NCBI GenBank assembly: GCA_039714075.1
Contig: JBDLKA010000002.1
Coordinates: 37,234-101,233, forward strand
Direction of reading: 5' to 3'
From: Candidatus Krumholzibacteriota bacterium
GTDB lineage: Bacteria; Krumholzibacteriota; Krumholzibacteriia; LZORAL124-64-63
Length of the DNA: 64,000 nt
This document shows, piece after piece, positions 39,501 to 47,836 of this stretch. Numbering within the stretch: the first letter of the stretch is position 1; every line of letters starts with the position of its first letter. The notes under the pieces were generated by a model. That model was given only the letters and a program-made list of their open reading frames with translations. It made no database searches and had not been told where the DNA came from. The translations under genes and the position numbers were made by a program.

Positions 39501-40418
39501 CGTTTGACCAGTGTGCCGGTGGGGCCGGACAGCACCCTGGTCCCCAAGTTCAGCGGTCGCCTGGAGGTCATGAAGGCCCGTTACGTGGGCAACTTCAGCG
39601 AAAACAACGGCGGAAACGATCCCCTGCAGGCCACCGTCGCTCCCGATTGGCTGGCGGATCTGCGCCTGCACGCCCAGCCGCGGGTGGCCACCATCATCAA
39701 CCGCGAACTCGAATTGTACATGGGGGGCGATCTGGATCTGATCCGCACCGAAGGGGGGCTTTACCTGCGGGGATCCCTGGACGTTAATTCGGGTCGCCTG
39801 ATCGTCTTCAACAACAATTTCGAGGTGCAACGGGGCCGGTTGGATTTCAGCCGGGAACTGGGTTTCGATCCCCGGGTCGATCTGGACGCGGAAACGAAAT
39901 ACCGCCTGCGCAGCCAGCACTCGAGCAACAGCATCATCGAGGTCATCGGGGTGCACGTCTCCGGTCCTCTGTCCGGTCCGGACATCCAGTTCTCGTCCGA
40001 CCGCGGTTATTCCCGCGAAGCCATCCAGCGCATGCTGCTGGGACTCGAGCCCCACGCCACGCCCGAAGGGGATTCGGGGCGGCTGGCCAACACTTCGATC
40101 GCCGCGGGCTTCAACATCATCGAACGGGAAATCGCACGCGAACTGGACATCTTCGACACCTTCGAGATCGACCAGATCCAGCGCCAGCGCGAGACCGGCG
40201 ATACGGGTCTGGATCCGCTGATCGGCGTGGGCAAGTACATCGGCAGCGATCTGTACCTGAAATACGCCCAGGGCATCCGGCAGGACGACCGCGATTTCAT
40301 CGTCGAGTACCAGATCAACCAGCACCTGCTGCTGCAGTCCGAGATCAGGCGCCGCATCGACGAGAACCAGGGGGAGTCGACGTACAACCTGGATCTCAAG
40401 TACCGGTTCGAATATTAG
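36558..40418 (+). CDS. TamB/AsmA-like translocation and assembly module protein
   Basis: N-terminal membrane anchor, about 1280 aa of beta-rich repeats, C-terminal VGKYIGSDLYLKY...VEYQIN...LKYRFEY (DUF490-like); TGATG coupling to the Omp85 gene. Confidence 0.85.
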   Translation: MRLVRPQKLPLMVAWVVIAGVIYWLGSHPNLVAPYGSNLVSRHLLRIEGGGLRVRDFRVRAFEGLDLYGVSLTLPGKSGGMTLMSADTVTVDFKLQEALGAVPHLRRVVVTSPEIYSMAGNDTTSGDDSGTIDLKLPSLLIEHLVVRDAFLEFSDSGGRLEQRLPDIDFRGRVRTGNEVRAVLRGLDADWETHESRLTGIRGEVTVGPEGIEVAGLGGFLNEHPVKVDGGRRWDGDLDIAVTGRGVSVAEVESLIDQTLGFNAAGDIEGTFRKEGDLVFYEGEFGGELEGYQVQDLTGRATISSAEVLLEDMEGIINEAGFQGGGRFDISNDLSVTFALEGDVWDVDLAEGLVPGEGEMPRTDGVGRLRIEHSDYPEWTRVSGVLNDGFIEFMPFDTCYVEVVATGDSVFFNRVEIMYGNLHGMLEGAADTADNFDGYVSVNSENINALPPDWNWPPTTGRLNGQGAVAGPLDALVFEGWVNLYQFGFGALGAGSGEVALVVEDLLGAQIITAGVDGRDFSIGGVPFGDFSLWGSAGPTSARVDSFRTDLGDTNIFLRFRADYADSVSELQVDEFQVDLEGTLWAIDEPVDFSVGGGHFWLPGMRLSSDQGALVVNGLYEKDQVVAGSLQLESFDLALLNPFIRTEHELAGRMTADVVVGGEPASPQVNLTADLVDAPFTLADVHSMHVIAGFNEGAVDFEELDLRSNFGRVTGKGTVSNPGAGFDEYWAGSALDLDLTIHEGDWAFLDQFALPALDRLAGLFEGDLQVAGSVRDPLITGKVHSAPFNIHWLHLDELASDIQVDSRSMVLGDMAGHKNDLTLTGRIEIPLVLDLISEPTSPPDGPFFMQLDIPWGSNLAPLAQATNAFITASGTGGAHVVVSGPLEHPLYQGTVEIDNGGFVLRNLQEVYHKVSAEGILRGDELKVFNIRGKEGLRGSFTGEGQVLFRGLEMESFDIQLDLDRFLVASIPDLAVVVSGRGGRLTSVPVGPDSTLVPKFSGRLEVMKARYVGNFSENNGGNDPLQATVAPDWLADLRLHAQPRVATIINRELELYMGGDLDLIRTEGGLYLRGSLDVNSGRLIVFNNNFEVQRGRLDFSRELGFDPRVDLDAETKYRLRSQHSSNSIIEVIGVHVSGPLSGPDIQFSSDRGYSREAIQRMLLGLEPHATPEGDSGRLANTSIAAGFNIIEREIARELDIFDTFEIDQIQRQRETGDTGLDPLIGVGKYIGSDLYLKYAQGIRQDDRDFIVEYQINQHLLLQSEIRRRIDENQGESTYNLDLKYRFEY

Positions 40419-40472
40419 GCTGGGCCTTTGGAACCGTGTGGCTGAATTATCCAGCAAGGATAACCAAATGGG

Positions 40473-40504
40473 AAAAACAGGTGCCCCCGGGGGCACCTGT
40501 TTTT
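40473..40504. terminator. Bidirectional terminator; perfect 32-bp palindrome between convergent genes
   Basis: AAAAACAGGTGCCCCC|GGGGGCACCTGTTTTT. Confidence 0.85.
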
Positions 40505-40534
40505 GATGTCTGGACTGTCCTCAAGTGTCAGACG

Positions 40535-42721
40535 TTATTTCAGGAGTGCCACTTTTTTGACGGTCACTTCTTCGCCGGTTGTGAGCTTGGCGAAATAGAT
40601 ACCCGACGCCGCGCCGACTCCCGATTCGTCGACCCCATTCCACTCGTATGTATGCACCCCAGGTCCCAGGGTGGCCGCCTTGACCAAGTGGCGGATCAAG
40701 CGTCCACGCACATCGAAGATGTCCATGCTGGCGGTCTGGGGGGAGGCCAGGGTGAATGATAGCTTGGTACTGGGGTTGAAAGGGTTGGGTGCCGCACTCA
40801 GGGTCAAGCGGGTCGAATGGACCGGGACTTGTGAAGGCTGCGGCAGGCAGGGCTTCAGACTGATCGAGATCGAGTTGGAGTAATTGCTGGCAATCAAATA
40901 GTCTCCAAAAACTGCTACTTGTCCTTGTGTACCCCCGACAAAAGTCGATCCGAGATAGACCATGTCATGGGGATCGGAAATGTCCCAGGCCATAACCCCT
41001 TCCAAGCCGGTGGCAACGTACAGGACGTTGCCGTCTATGGTCATGCCGGAAGGGAAATCGGGTACTTGGTGGAACCGCATCAATTGGGGATTCGACCTGT
41101 CGGAAACATCGACCACGAAGATCCCGGCCGGTTCGATTCTGCTCATCACAAACGCCAAGTCTCCATGCATAACTATTTCGGTTATATGGCCCGGAAAATA
41201 GCACGATCCGGATTTATACGGATTGGCGGGATCCGTCAGGTCCACCACCTCCACGCCCATTCCGAAAGTTCCCGAGACGGCAAAGCCGGGTCCGGCCGCC
41301 CAGCCGAAACCCCATGTGAAATTCCTTGAGCCAACCAACTGGGGGTCGGAGGGGTTCGCGAGATCGAATACCTGTAGGGGAGTCTGGGTGAGCAGGAGAT
41401 TGGCTGATATGGCCAACTCTCCAATACCATCAGGAGTTGGTACTGTCAGTCCGAGCTGAGGATTTTCTGGATCGGTGATGTCGATGACCTGGATTCCCTG
41501 TTCGCCGTCATGACGGTACCTGGCATAGGCGGTTTGGCCGTGCAGCTGAATGCCGTCAAAGGTTCCGGGTCGATCCAGAAAACACGTTACCGAGGGGTTG
41601 ATCGGGTCGGCGACATCCATTACCAGGATTCCATCAGGTGAGGGCAGATAGGCATAATGGCCGGCAATCTCGATTTCCGGATAGGTGGAGGAGATTCTTT
41701 TCCAGGCCAAGGTGAAGTCCGGAAACTGGAAGGATAAATCCACGATCAGAAGGCCGAATACCGTGCTTGCCACATACCCAAGTCGATCCGAGATGAAGAG
41801 TGCGTTCGCATTGTTTGGGACTTCCACGACATCCTTGATCACGAGATCATCCGGTGCGGCCATGTCGAGCTGGATCAATCCTGCTGAGCTGGCGGCAACC
41901 CACAGGTCCCCGTCATTTACAGTTAAGTCCTTGGCACAATCGAGAAGAGGCAGAGACCCTATGATCGCAGGGTGGGCAGGGTCGGCGATGTCCAGGGTAT
42001 AGAGGTTGTATTCGTAATCTCCCGCAAACAGGTGGTTGCCATGGACCAGGACCGAGGCGGGGCTTCCCGCCAAGGAGACGCTGTGAACAATGACGGGATT
42101 GTACGGGTCGCTTACATCCGCAACGTCGATGCTCTTATTGCTGTTGGCGATATATGCAAAGCTGCCCGACAGGGAAACTTTATTGCTTGAGTTAGGAGTG
42201 TCCAGAAACCCGATTGGAAGGGGCAGGGCCGGATCTGAAATGTCCACGATGAACATGCCGGATTTTCCCCCTGACAAATATGCCAGGGACCCGGAGATTT
42301 CCACGTCACGGATTCCATTGGCGAATACCATGCTTGAAGCAAGGAAAGGCGTGGCTCCGGGCGTGATGTCGAAAATCTTGAGGCCCTCGGTACTGGATGC
42401 GACAAATGCGAAGTTTCCCTCCACAACGATATCCGACTTGTAACCGCTGCATTGGAGGGTATCGGTTACAACCGGAAGAGTGGGATCGGAGGCATCGTAT
42501 ACGAATACTCCCGACTCGGAATTGCCCAGGAGAACCCTTTCCCCGGACTTGGCCACGGAATGGGACCATGGGTTCGCCGAATAGGGCGAAATGACCTGGG
42601 GATAGGCGGGCAGGTATTCCATGCAGTCCTGGGCCTGGGCCGTTGGCCCCAAACCGAGCAGAATCAATAAGAAAACCAGGGATTTCAGGGCATTTCGCCC
42701 ATGCGTTAACGATTTCATCAT
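40535..42721 (-). CDS. Secreted LVIVD-repeat (beta-propeller-like) protein with C-terminal FlgD-Ig/T9SS-like domain
   Basis: Signal peptide (AQA-QD), many xxGxxAY...GLxIxDISDPxxP repeats, C-terminal APNPFNPST...IFDVRGRLIR...WNGVDESG..AASGIYF..L...KKVALLK; ATG after GGAGG. Confidence 0.85.
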   Translation of the reverse strand: MMKSLTHGRNALKSLVFLLILLGLGPTAQAQDCMEYLPAYPQVISPYSANPWSHSVAKSGERVLLGNSESGVFVYDASDPTLPVVTDTLQCSGYKSDIVVEGNFAFVASSTEGLKIFDITPGATPFLASSMVFANGIRDVEISGSLAYLSGGKSGMFIVDISDPALPLPIGFLDTPNSSNKVSLSGSFAYIANSNKSIDVADVSDPYNPVIVHSVSLAGSPASVLVHGNHLFAGDYEYNLYTLDIADPAHPAIIGSLPLLDCAKDLTVNDGDLWVAASSAGLIQLDMAAPDDLVIKDVVEVPNNANALFISDRLGYVASTVFGLLIVDLSFQFPDFTLAWKRISSTYPEIEIAGHYAYLPSPDGILVMDVADPINPSVTCFLDRPGTFDGIQLHGQTAYARYRHDGEQGIQVIDITDPENPQLGLTVPTPDGIGELAISANLLLTQTPLQVFDLANPSDPQLVGSRNFTWGFGWAAGPGFAVSGTFGMGVEVVDLTDPANPYKSGSCYFPGHITEIVMHGDLAFVMSRIEPAGIFVVDVSDRSNPQLMRFHQVPDFPSGMTIDGNVLYVATGLEGVMAWDISDPHDMVYLGSTFVGGTQGQVAVFGDYLIASNYSNSISISLKPCLPQPSQVPVHSTRLTLSAAPNPFNPSTKLSFTLASPQTASMDIFDVRGRLIRHLVKAATLGPGVHTYEWNGVDESGVGAASGIYFAKLTTGEEVTVKKVALLK

Positions 42722-42937
42722 TCCAACCTCCATTAGATAAAGAAATGGTATACAACAAATTATTCAGCATGACCTGTTCCCCCATCACCTGAACTGGGAA
42801 TTGGAAAGCAACTATCATTCCTAAAATGTTTTTTTTTAAGGGCTTACGTGTGATCGACAGGCTGGGGTTGCCACTTCGGGCATTTGGTGGCATTGTTCCC
42901 CGGTTTCCAATCGTTCCCCATACAAGCCTGGAGCACC

Positions 42938-45235
42938 GTGAACGACATCCTCGATAAATTGAACGACGCCCAATCCGCGGCGGTGACGGGCCCGGACGGC
43001 CCGGTCCTGGTGGTCGCCGGCGCCGGCAGCGGCAAGACCCGCGTCCTGACCACCCGCGTGGCCTGGCTGATGGCCGAAAAGGATGTGTACGCCGGCGAAA
43101 TCCTGGCCTTCACCTTCACCAACCGGGCCGCCAAGGAAATGAAGGAGCGCGTGGCCAACAGCCTGGACGGCCGGGACGTGCCCTTCTGGATCGGCACCTT
43201 CCACGCCACGGGGCTGAAGATCCTGCGGGCCGACGGGGCGCACATCGGCATCCAGCCCGGATTTTCCATTTTCGACACCGACGACAGCAAGCGCCTGCTC
43301 AAGCAGGTCATGGCGGACCTGAACATCGACCCTAAACAGTTCACGCCCAATGCCACGCGGTCGGTGATCAGCAAGTGGAAGAACGACGACCTGGACCCGG
43401 CAAAAGCCAAGTCGCTGGCCCGGTCGTTCGTCGACGAGAAATACGCCGCCATCTACGAGGGGTACCAGGCCGCCCTGGTCAAGTGCAACGCCCTGGACTT
43501 CGACGACCTGATCCTGCGCACGGTGCATCTGCTGGAGCAGGTCGAATCGGTGCGCCTGAAGTACGCGCAAAAATTCCGGCACGTCCTGGTGGACGAGTTC
43601 CAGGACACGAACCCGCTGCAGCTGGTCCTGGTCAAGCTGCTGACCTGCGTGCACGGCAACCTGTTCGTCGTCGGGGACGACGACCAGTCCATCTACTCGT
43701 GGCGTGGCGCGCGCATCGAGAACATGCTCAACTTCGAGGAGTACTTCCCCGGCGCGGTCACCTTCCGGCTGGAACAGAACTACCGCAGTTCGGGCAACAT
43801 CCTGAACGCAGCCAACGAGGTCATCGCCAACAACAAGCAGCGCAAGGGCAAGAACCTGTGGACCAGCGGCGGCGACGGCGACAAGCTTACCGAAGAGGAA
43901 TTCTTCGACGACGAGGACGAAGCGGCGCGGCTGGTTGACATCATCCGGGCCGAGACAACCGCTGGCATGTCACGCGGCGACGTGACGGTGCTGTACCGGA
44001 CCAATGCCCAGTCCCGCGTGCTGGAAGATGCGCTGAGAAGGGCCTCTCTCGCCTACCAGATCGTCGGCAGCCTTCATTTCTACGAGCGCAAGGAAGTGCG
44101 CGACCTGATGGCCTACCTGAAACTGGTGGCCAATCCCGCCGACCAGATCTCGATCCAGCGCGTGATCAACGTGCCCAAACGGAAGATCGGCGACACCACG
44201 GTGAAGCGGTTGGTCGCGCTGGCGGCCCGCGATGAATTGACCCTGGGTGAAGCCGCGGACCGGGAAGGCCTTCTGGAGCAGGAAATCGCGCCCGCGGCCT
44301 GCAAGCGGGTGCGCGCCTTTTTCGAAATGGCCGTCCGGTGGCGCCTGCTGGCCACCACGGGCGAACCGGTTCACGAGATCCTGACCCGGATCATGAAGGA
44401 CATCGGCTACGAGGGGTATCTGGAAATGGACGACCCCGAAACCGCTGGCACCCGCAACGAGAACGTGGCCGAGCTGGTCAACGCCGCCGCCAGCTTCCAT
44501 GAATCCTCCGGTGGCGGTACCCTCGACCAGTTCCTCGAGCAGGTGGCCCTGGTGGCGGATCCGGACACCATCACCGACGGGGAAGGGGTGGTGCGGCTGA
44601 TGACCATCCACACCGCCAAGGGCCTGGAATTCCCGGTGGTGGTGATCACCGGCTGCGAGGACGACATCCTGCCGCACATCAACAGCGCCGAGGACGAGCA
44701 CGGACTGGAAGAGGAGCGCCGCCTGTTCTACGTGGCGATGACCCGGGCCGAAAAAAGGGTCTACCTGCTGCACGCCGCGCGCCGCCGCCGCTTCGGCACC
44801 TGGCAGGACAGCCTGCCCTCGCGGTTCCTGGCCGAGGTTCCCGACGGCCTGATCGAACGCCGCCACCTGGACTCCCGCAGCACCTTTACCAAACCGGTGG
44901 CCCGCAGCCTGTTCGGTGGTGGCGGGGCGCAGCCGAAGCGCCATGCCGAAACCGGCAGCCGGCGGTCGTCACCGTCCCGGCCGGTCCATCCCGGTGAGTG
45001 GGGCCGCCGCACCCCGAAGCCCGCCGTGCCTGCCCCGGACGCGGACTGGGTCGATGAAGTCGTGCAGGACGCTCCCTTCTATGAGGGGCAGACCGTGTCC
45101 CACGGTATTTTCGGATCGGGTGTGGTCAGCCGGGTGGAAGGCCACGGCGACGACATGATGGTGACCGTCGATTTCCACGAAGCCGGACGCAAGCACATCA
45201 ATCCACGTTTCGCGCCTCTGGTACCGGTGGATTGA
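42938..45235 (+). CDS. pcrA: ATP-dependent DNA helicase UvrD/PcrA
   Basis: AGAGSGKT, TFTNRAAKEM, VDEFQDTN, VGDDDQSIY, LEQNYRS, MTIHTAKGLEF, EERRLFYVAMTRA, C-terminal Tudor-like HGIFGSG. Confidence 0.96.
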   Translation: MNDILDKLNDAQSAAVTGPDGPVLVVAGAGSGKTRVLTTRVAWLMAEKDVYAGEILAFTFTNRAAKEMKERVANSLDGRDVPFWIGTFHATGLKILRADGAHIGIQPGFSIFDTDDSKRLLKQVMADLNIDPKQFTPNATRSVISKWKNDDLDPAKAKSLARSFVDEKYAAIYEGYQAALVKCNALDFDDLILRTVHLLEQVESVRLKYAQKFRHVLVDEFQDTNPLQLVLVKLLTCVHGNLFVVGDDDQSIYSWRGARIENMLNFEEYFPGAVTFRLEQNYRSSGNILNAANEVIANNKQRKGKNLWTSGGDGDKLTEEEFFDDEDEAARLVDIIRAETTAGMSRGDVTVLYRTNAQSRVLEDALRRASLAYQIVGSLHFYERKEVRDLMAYLKLVANPADQISIQRVINVPKRKIGDTTVKRLVALAARDELTLGEAADREGLLEQEIAPAACKRVRAFFEMAVRWRLLATTGEPVHEILTRIMKDIGYEGYLEMDDPETAGTRNENVAELVNAAASFHESSGGGTLDQFLEQVALVADPDTITDGEGVVRLMTIHTAKGLEFPVVVITGCEDDILPHINSAEDEHGLEEERRLFYVAMTRAEKRVYLLHAARRRRFGTWQDSLPSRFLAEVPDGLIERRHLDSRSTFTKPVARSLFGGGGAQPKRHAETGSRRSSPSRPVHPGEWGRRTPKPAVPAPDADWVDEVVQDAPFYEGQTVSHGIFGSGVVSRVEGHGDDMMVTVDFHEAGRKHINPRFAPLVPVD

Positions 45236-45271
45236 TCGCGGAACCGCCGCAACGGCTGTGCTCCGGGAGCG

Positions 45272-47356
45272 CTAGTCCAGCAAGGTGAGTTTGCGGACCG
45301 CGCGGGCCCCTTCGGCCGTGAATTCCACCCAGTAGACACCGGCCGCCAGGCGGCCCGAGCCTCCGGCGAATGGCCAGCTCCAGACGTGGGGCTCGGAGGC
45401 GGGATCGTCGCTCGGGCCAGTGGCTGCAAGGGTGCCCAGATCCGCCTCATGGATAAGCCGGCCTCTCATATCGTACAATTTGGCAATGGTTTTCCTGTTG
45501 GATGTCAAGTAGATCCTGAATTCGGCGCCCGCCGTGGTTACGGGATTGGGCCAGGGACCGGCCACCTGCAGGACCGGCGGAGGGGCCGAACCGGTCCGCA
45601 TCAACACCAACCCTTCGGGGTCCACGGAAACCGAATCGACCGGGCAGGAGGGCGACCAGGTAAAAGTCTCTTCCCTCCGAGTGAGAAACACGATACCGGA
45701 CAAGGAATCGCAGGAGGTGTGAACCACCACGGGCACGGCCATCTCGAAGACCGGGTCCTGCTGCTGGGTGAAGGTGACCCGGACCCCGTGGTCGCTCCCG
45801 CCGCGGCGCACGGGTTCGCTGCGGGTCCGGAGCACCGGCACGGCGGACGTGTCCAGCCAGGGGTCGAAAAATCCGTCCAGGTTCCGCCCGGCGGCGGCTT
45901 CGGCATGGGCGATCATGTCCGCCAGGTTGACATTGCCCAGGACCAGACCGGGGGCCGTCGCGTAGTTGGCGAGGAACTCCTCGAAGGCGGGCCGGCCGAT
46001 CAGCATCCGGAGCAGGTGCAGAACCCAGGCACCCTTGTCGTAGATCAGCGTGTTGGGCAGGATGGGATCCGGGTCGCTGAGCACACCGTCGTTCACGAAC
46101 AGCTCGGGGTGCCGCTCGGGGCCTATCTGCCGCATGAAATCCCGGTACGCCTCGGGACCCGCCGTGTGCTCCACCCACAGCGCCTCGAAGTAGCGGGCGA
46201 AACCCTCGTTGAGCCAGATATCCGCCCACACCGCCGGGGTCAGGCTGTCGCCGAACCACTGGTGCGCCAGCTCGTGGATCACGACCAGTTCGAACCGGTG
46301 GTCCCCGGTCAGGACGATCGGACTGAGGCTGGTCGCGGTCTGGTGTTCCATCGAGCCGAACCATTTGAATTCGGCCTGGGCGTACTTTTCGCCGGTGAAG
46401 GGGTAGGGGCCGGCCAGCACGGTCATGAAATCCATCATTTCGCAGGTGGGGGCCAGGTCGATTTCCGCCTTGGCCAGATCCTGGGGGAAAACGTGGAAGT
46501 CCAGATGGACCGGCGCCCCGTCGGTGACGGAACATTCCTCGCTCCAGGATACGTAGTTGGTGGCCGCAAGGGAGACCAGGTACACCGCGATGGGATATTC
46601 CTCGCGCCAGGCGAAACGGCGCAGGCCGGGTGACGGGACATCCTCGAGCAGGAGGGTGCCGTTGGAAATCAGCTGCAACGTATCGGGAACGGTGGCCCGC
46701 AGGCTAACCAGGGCCTTGTCCGCGGGATGGTCCTTGCAGGGCCACCACGAATGGGCGGACCAGGGCTGGTTCTGGTTGGCGATCATGGGCATGTCGTCGG
46801 TCAGGTCGTCGGGCGTGCCGTTGTCGTGGCTGCGGAACATCAGGCCGCTGTTGAAATTGCCGTGGGGCAGCGGACGGCCGTGCCAGCGGACGATCAGGGT
46901 TTCCGCCCGGCTGGTGGCCAAAGGTGCAGCCAGCGCCACCACCAGACTGTCTCCCTGGTGGGTGAACGCAGCCTCGCCGCCCCGGAAGGTGATGCCGTCA
47001 CAGACCAGGTTGTCCACCAGGTCCAGGCGGATGTGGGTCAGTCCGTCCGCCAAGGCGGTCAGGCCGATGTCCACCGATCCGCTGAGCGACCTGCTGTCGG
47101 GAATCAGTTCGAGATCCAGATCGTAGCTCTGGACATCGTAGCCGCGGTCCCCTGCGGGGGGCGGGGGAAAATCCGCGGCTGTTTTGGCGGTTGAAATAGA
47201 AGGGTCGCCGACTTGTCGTTCCACCGGCAGCCGGCATTTGGCGGGGCTGGGTTCGGGAGAGGTGACGGCCCCTGCTCCGGTGGCCATTCCGGTGGAAACC
47301 GCGGTCAGGATCGCTACCAGATGGAACAGGAATATCCGCATGGAAAATGATTTCAT
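45272..47356 (-). CDS. Secreted M1 family metallo-aminopeptidase with C-terminal FlgD-Ig/T9SS-like domain
   Basis: Signal peptide; GSMEH, HELAHQWFG, WLNEGFA, YDKGA; C-terminal GPWPNP...LYDMRGRLI...AAGVYW...KLTLLD; start 47356 or 47341. Confidence 0.9.
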   Translation of the reverse strand: MKSFSMRIFLFHLVAILTAVSTGMATGAGAVTSPEPSPAKCRLPVERQVGDPSISTAKTAADFPPPPAGDRGYDVQSYDLDLELIPDSRSLSGSVDIGLTALADGLTHIRLDLVDNLVCDGITFRGGEAAFTHQGDSLVVALAAPLATSRAETLIVRWHGRPLPHGNFNSGLMFRSHDNGTPDDLTDDMPMIANQNQPWSAHSWWPCKDHPADKALVSLRATVPDTLQLISNGTLLLEDVPSPGLRRFAWREEYPIAVYLVSLAATNYVSWSEECSVTDGAPVHLDFHVFPQDLAKAEIDLAPTCEMMDFMTVLAGPYPFTGEKYAQAEFKWFGSMEHQTATSLSPIVLTGDHRFELVVIHELAHQWFGDSLTPAVWADIWLNEGFARYFEALWVEHTAGPEAYRDFMRQIGPERHPELFVNDGVLSDPDPILPNTLIYDKGAWVLHLLRMLIGRPAFEEFLANYATAPGLVLGNVNLADMIAHAEAAAGRNLDGFFDPWLDTSAVPVLRTRSEPVRRGGSDHGVRVTFTQQQDPVFEMAVPVVVHTSCDSLSGIVFLTRREETFTWSPSCPVDSVSVDPEGLVLMRTGSAPPPVLQVAGPWPNPVTTAGAEFRIYLTSNRKTIAKLYDMRGRLIHEADLGTLAATGPSDDPASEPHVWSWPFAGGSGRLAAGVYWVEFTAEGARAVRKLTLLD

Positions 47357-47664
47357 TCGCGGTCGCGGCCGCATTTCCAGCAGGCGTCGTAGCTGCCGTC
47401 GATCTCTTCGGAACAACCGCTGCAGATCCAGGTCCCGGTCGTGGTGGCCACGGCCTTCGAGTTCAGGAATTCCCGGGCTTTTTCAAGTTCCTGGTCGGGA
47501 ACGTACAATTTGACGCCGGCCTGCAGGTCGAGATGGGGTCTCATGCCGCCACAGTTGTCCTTTTCCAGGACCACGTTGATGCCGAGGGCTTCCAGCCGCC
47601 CTTTGGCGATCTGGGCTTCGATTTCGTTGGTGTAGGTTTCCAGACGTGTCATTCCGTCACGCAT
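47353..47664 (-). CDS. DUF2007-like small protein with C-terminal RanBP2-type zinc finger
   Basis: EAQIAKGRLEALGI...VKLYV...ARE; WICSGC-x10-CWKCG; ATG after GGGAGG. Confidence 0.8.
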   Translation of the reverse strand: MRDGMTRLETYTNEIEAQIAKGRLEALGINVVLEKDNCGGMRPHLDLQAGVKLYVPDQELEKAREFLNSKAVATTTGTWICSGCSEEIDGSYDACWKCGRDRE

Positions 47665-47836
47665 GAAGGATTCCTCCCTGATGTTGGGATCTATCAGCTC
47701 ATCATTAGAATACCACGGATAATGCCGCCGGCAAAGCCCCGCCCTTGCGGCGGGGACCTTTCCAAGCGACAATGGGTCGGTACATTTTGCTGTTGTTTCC
47801 GCCCCGCGGGAACCCATTCAAGCCGGAGGTAATCTC

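Noticed and set aside
37467..40496. Very long antisense ORFs (1009 aa here; also 6186-8117, 14385-16127, 18590-20545, 30115-32334, 58768-60507)
   Set aside because: Shadow ORFs opposite well-supported genes, expected from high-GC codon bias; no recognisable motifs.
40441..42769. GCTGAATTAT and ATTATTCAGC as possible terminal inverted repeats around the LVIVD gene
   Set aside because: Only a 9/10 match, no target-site duplication and no transposase.
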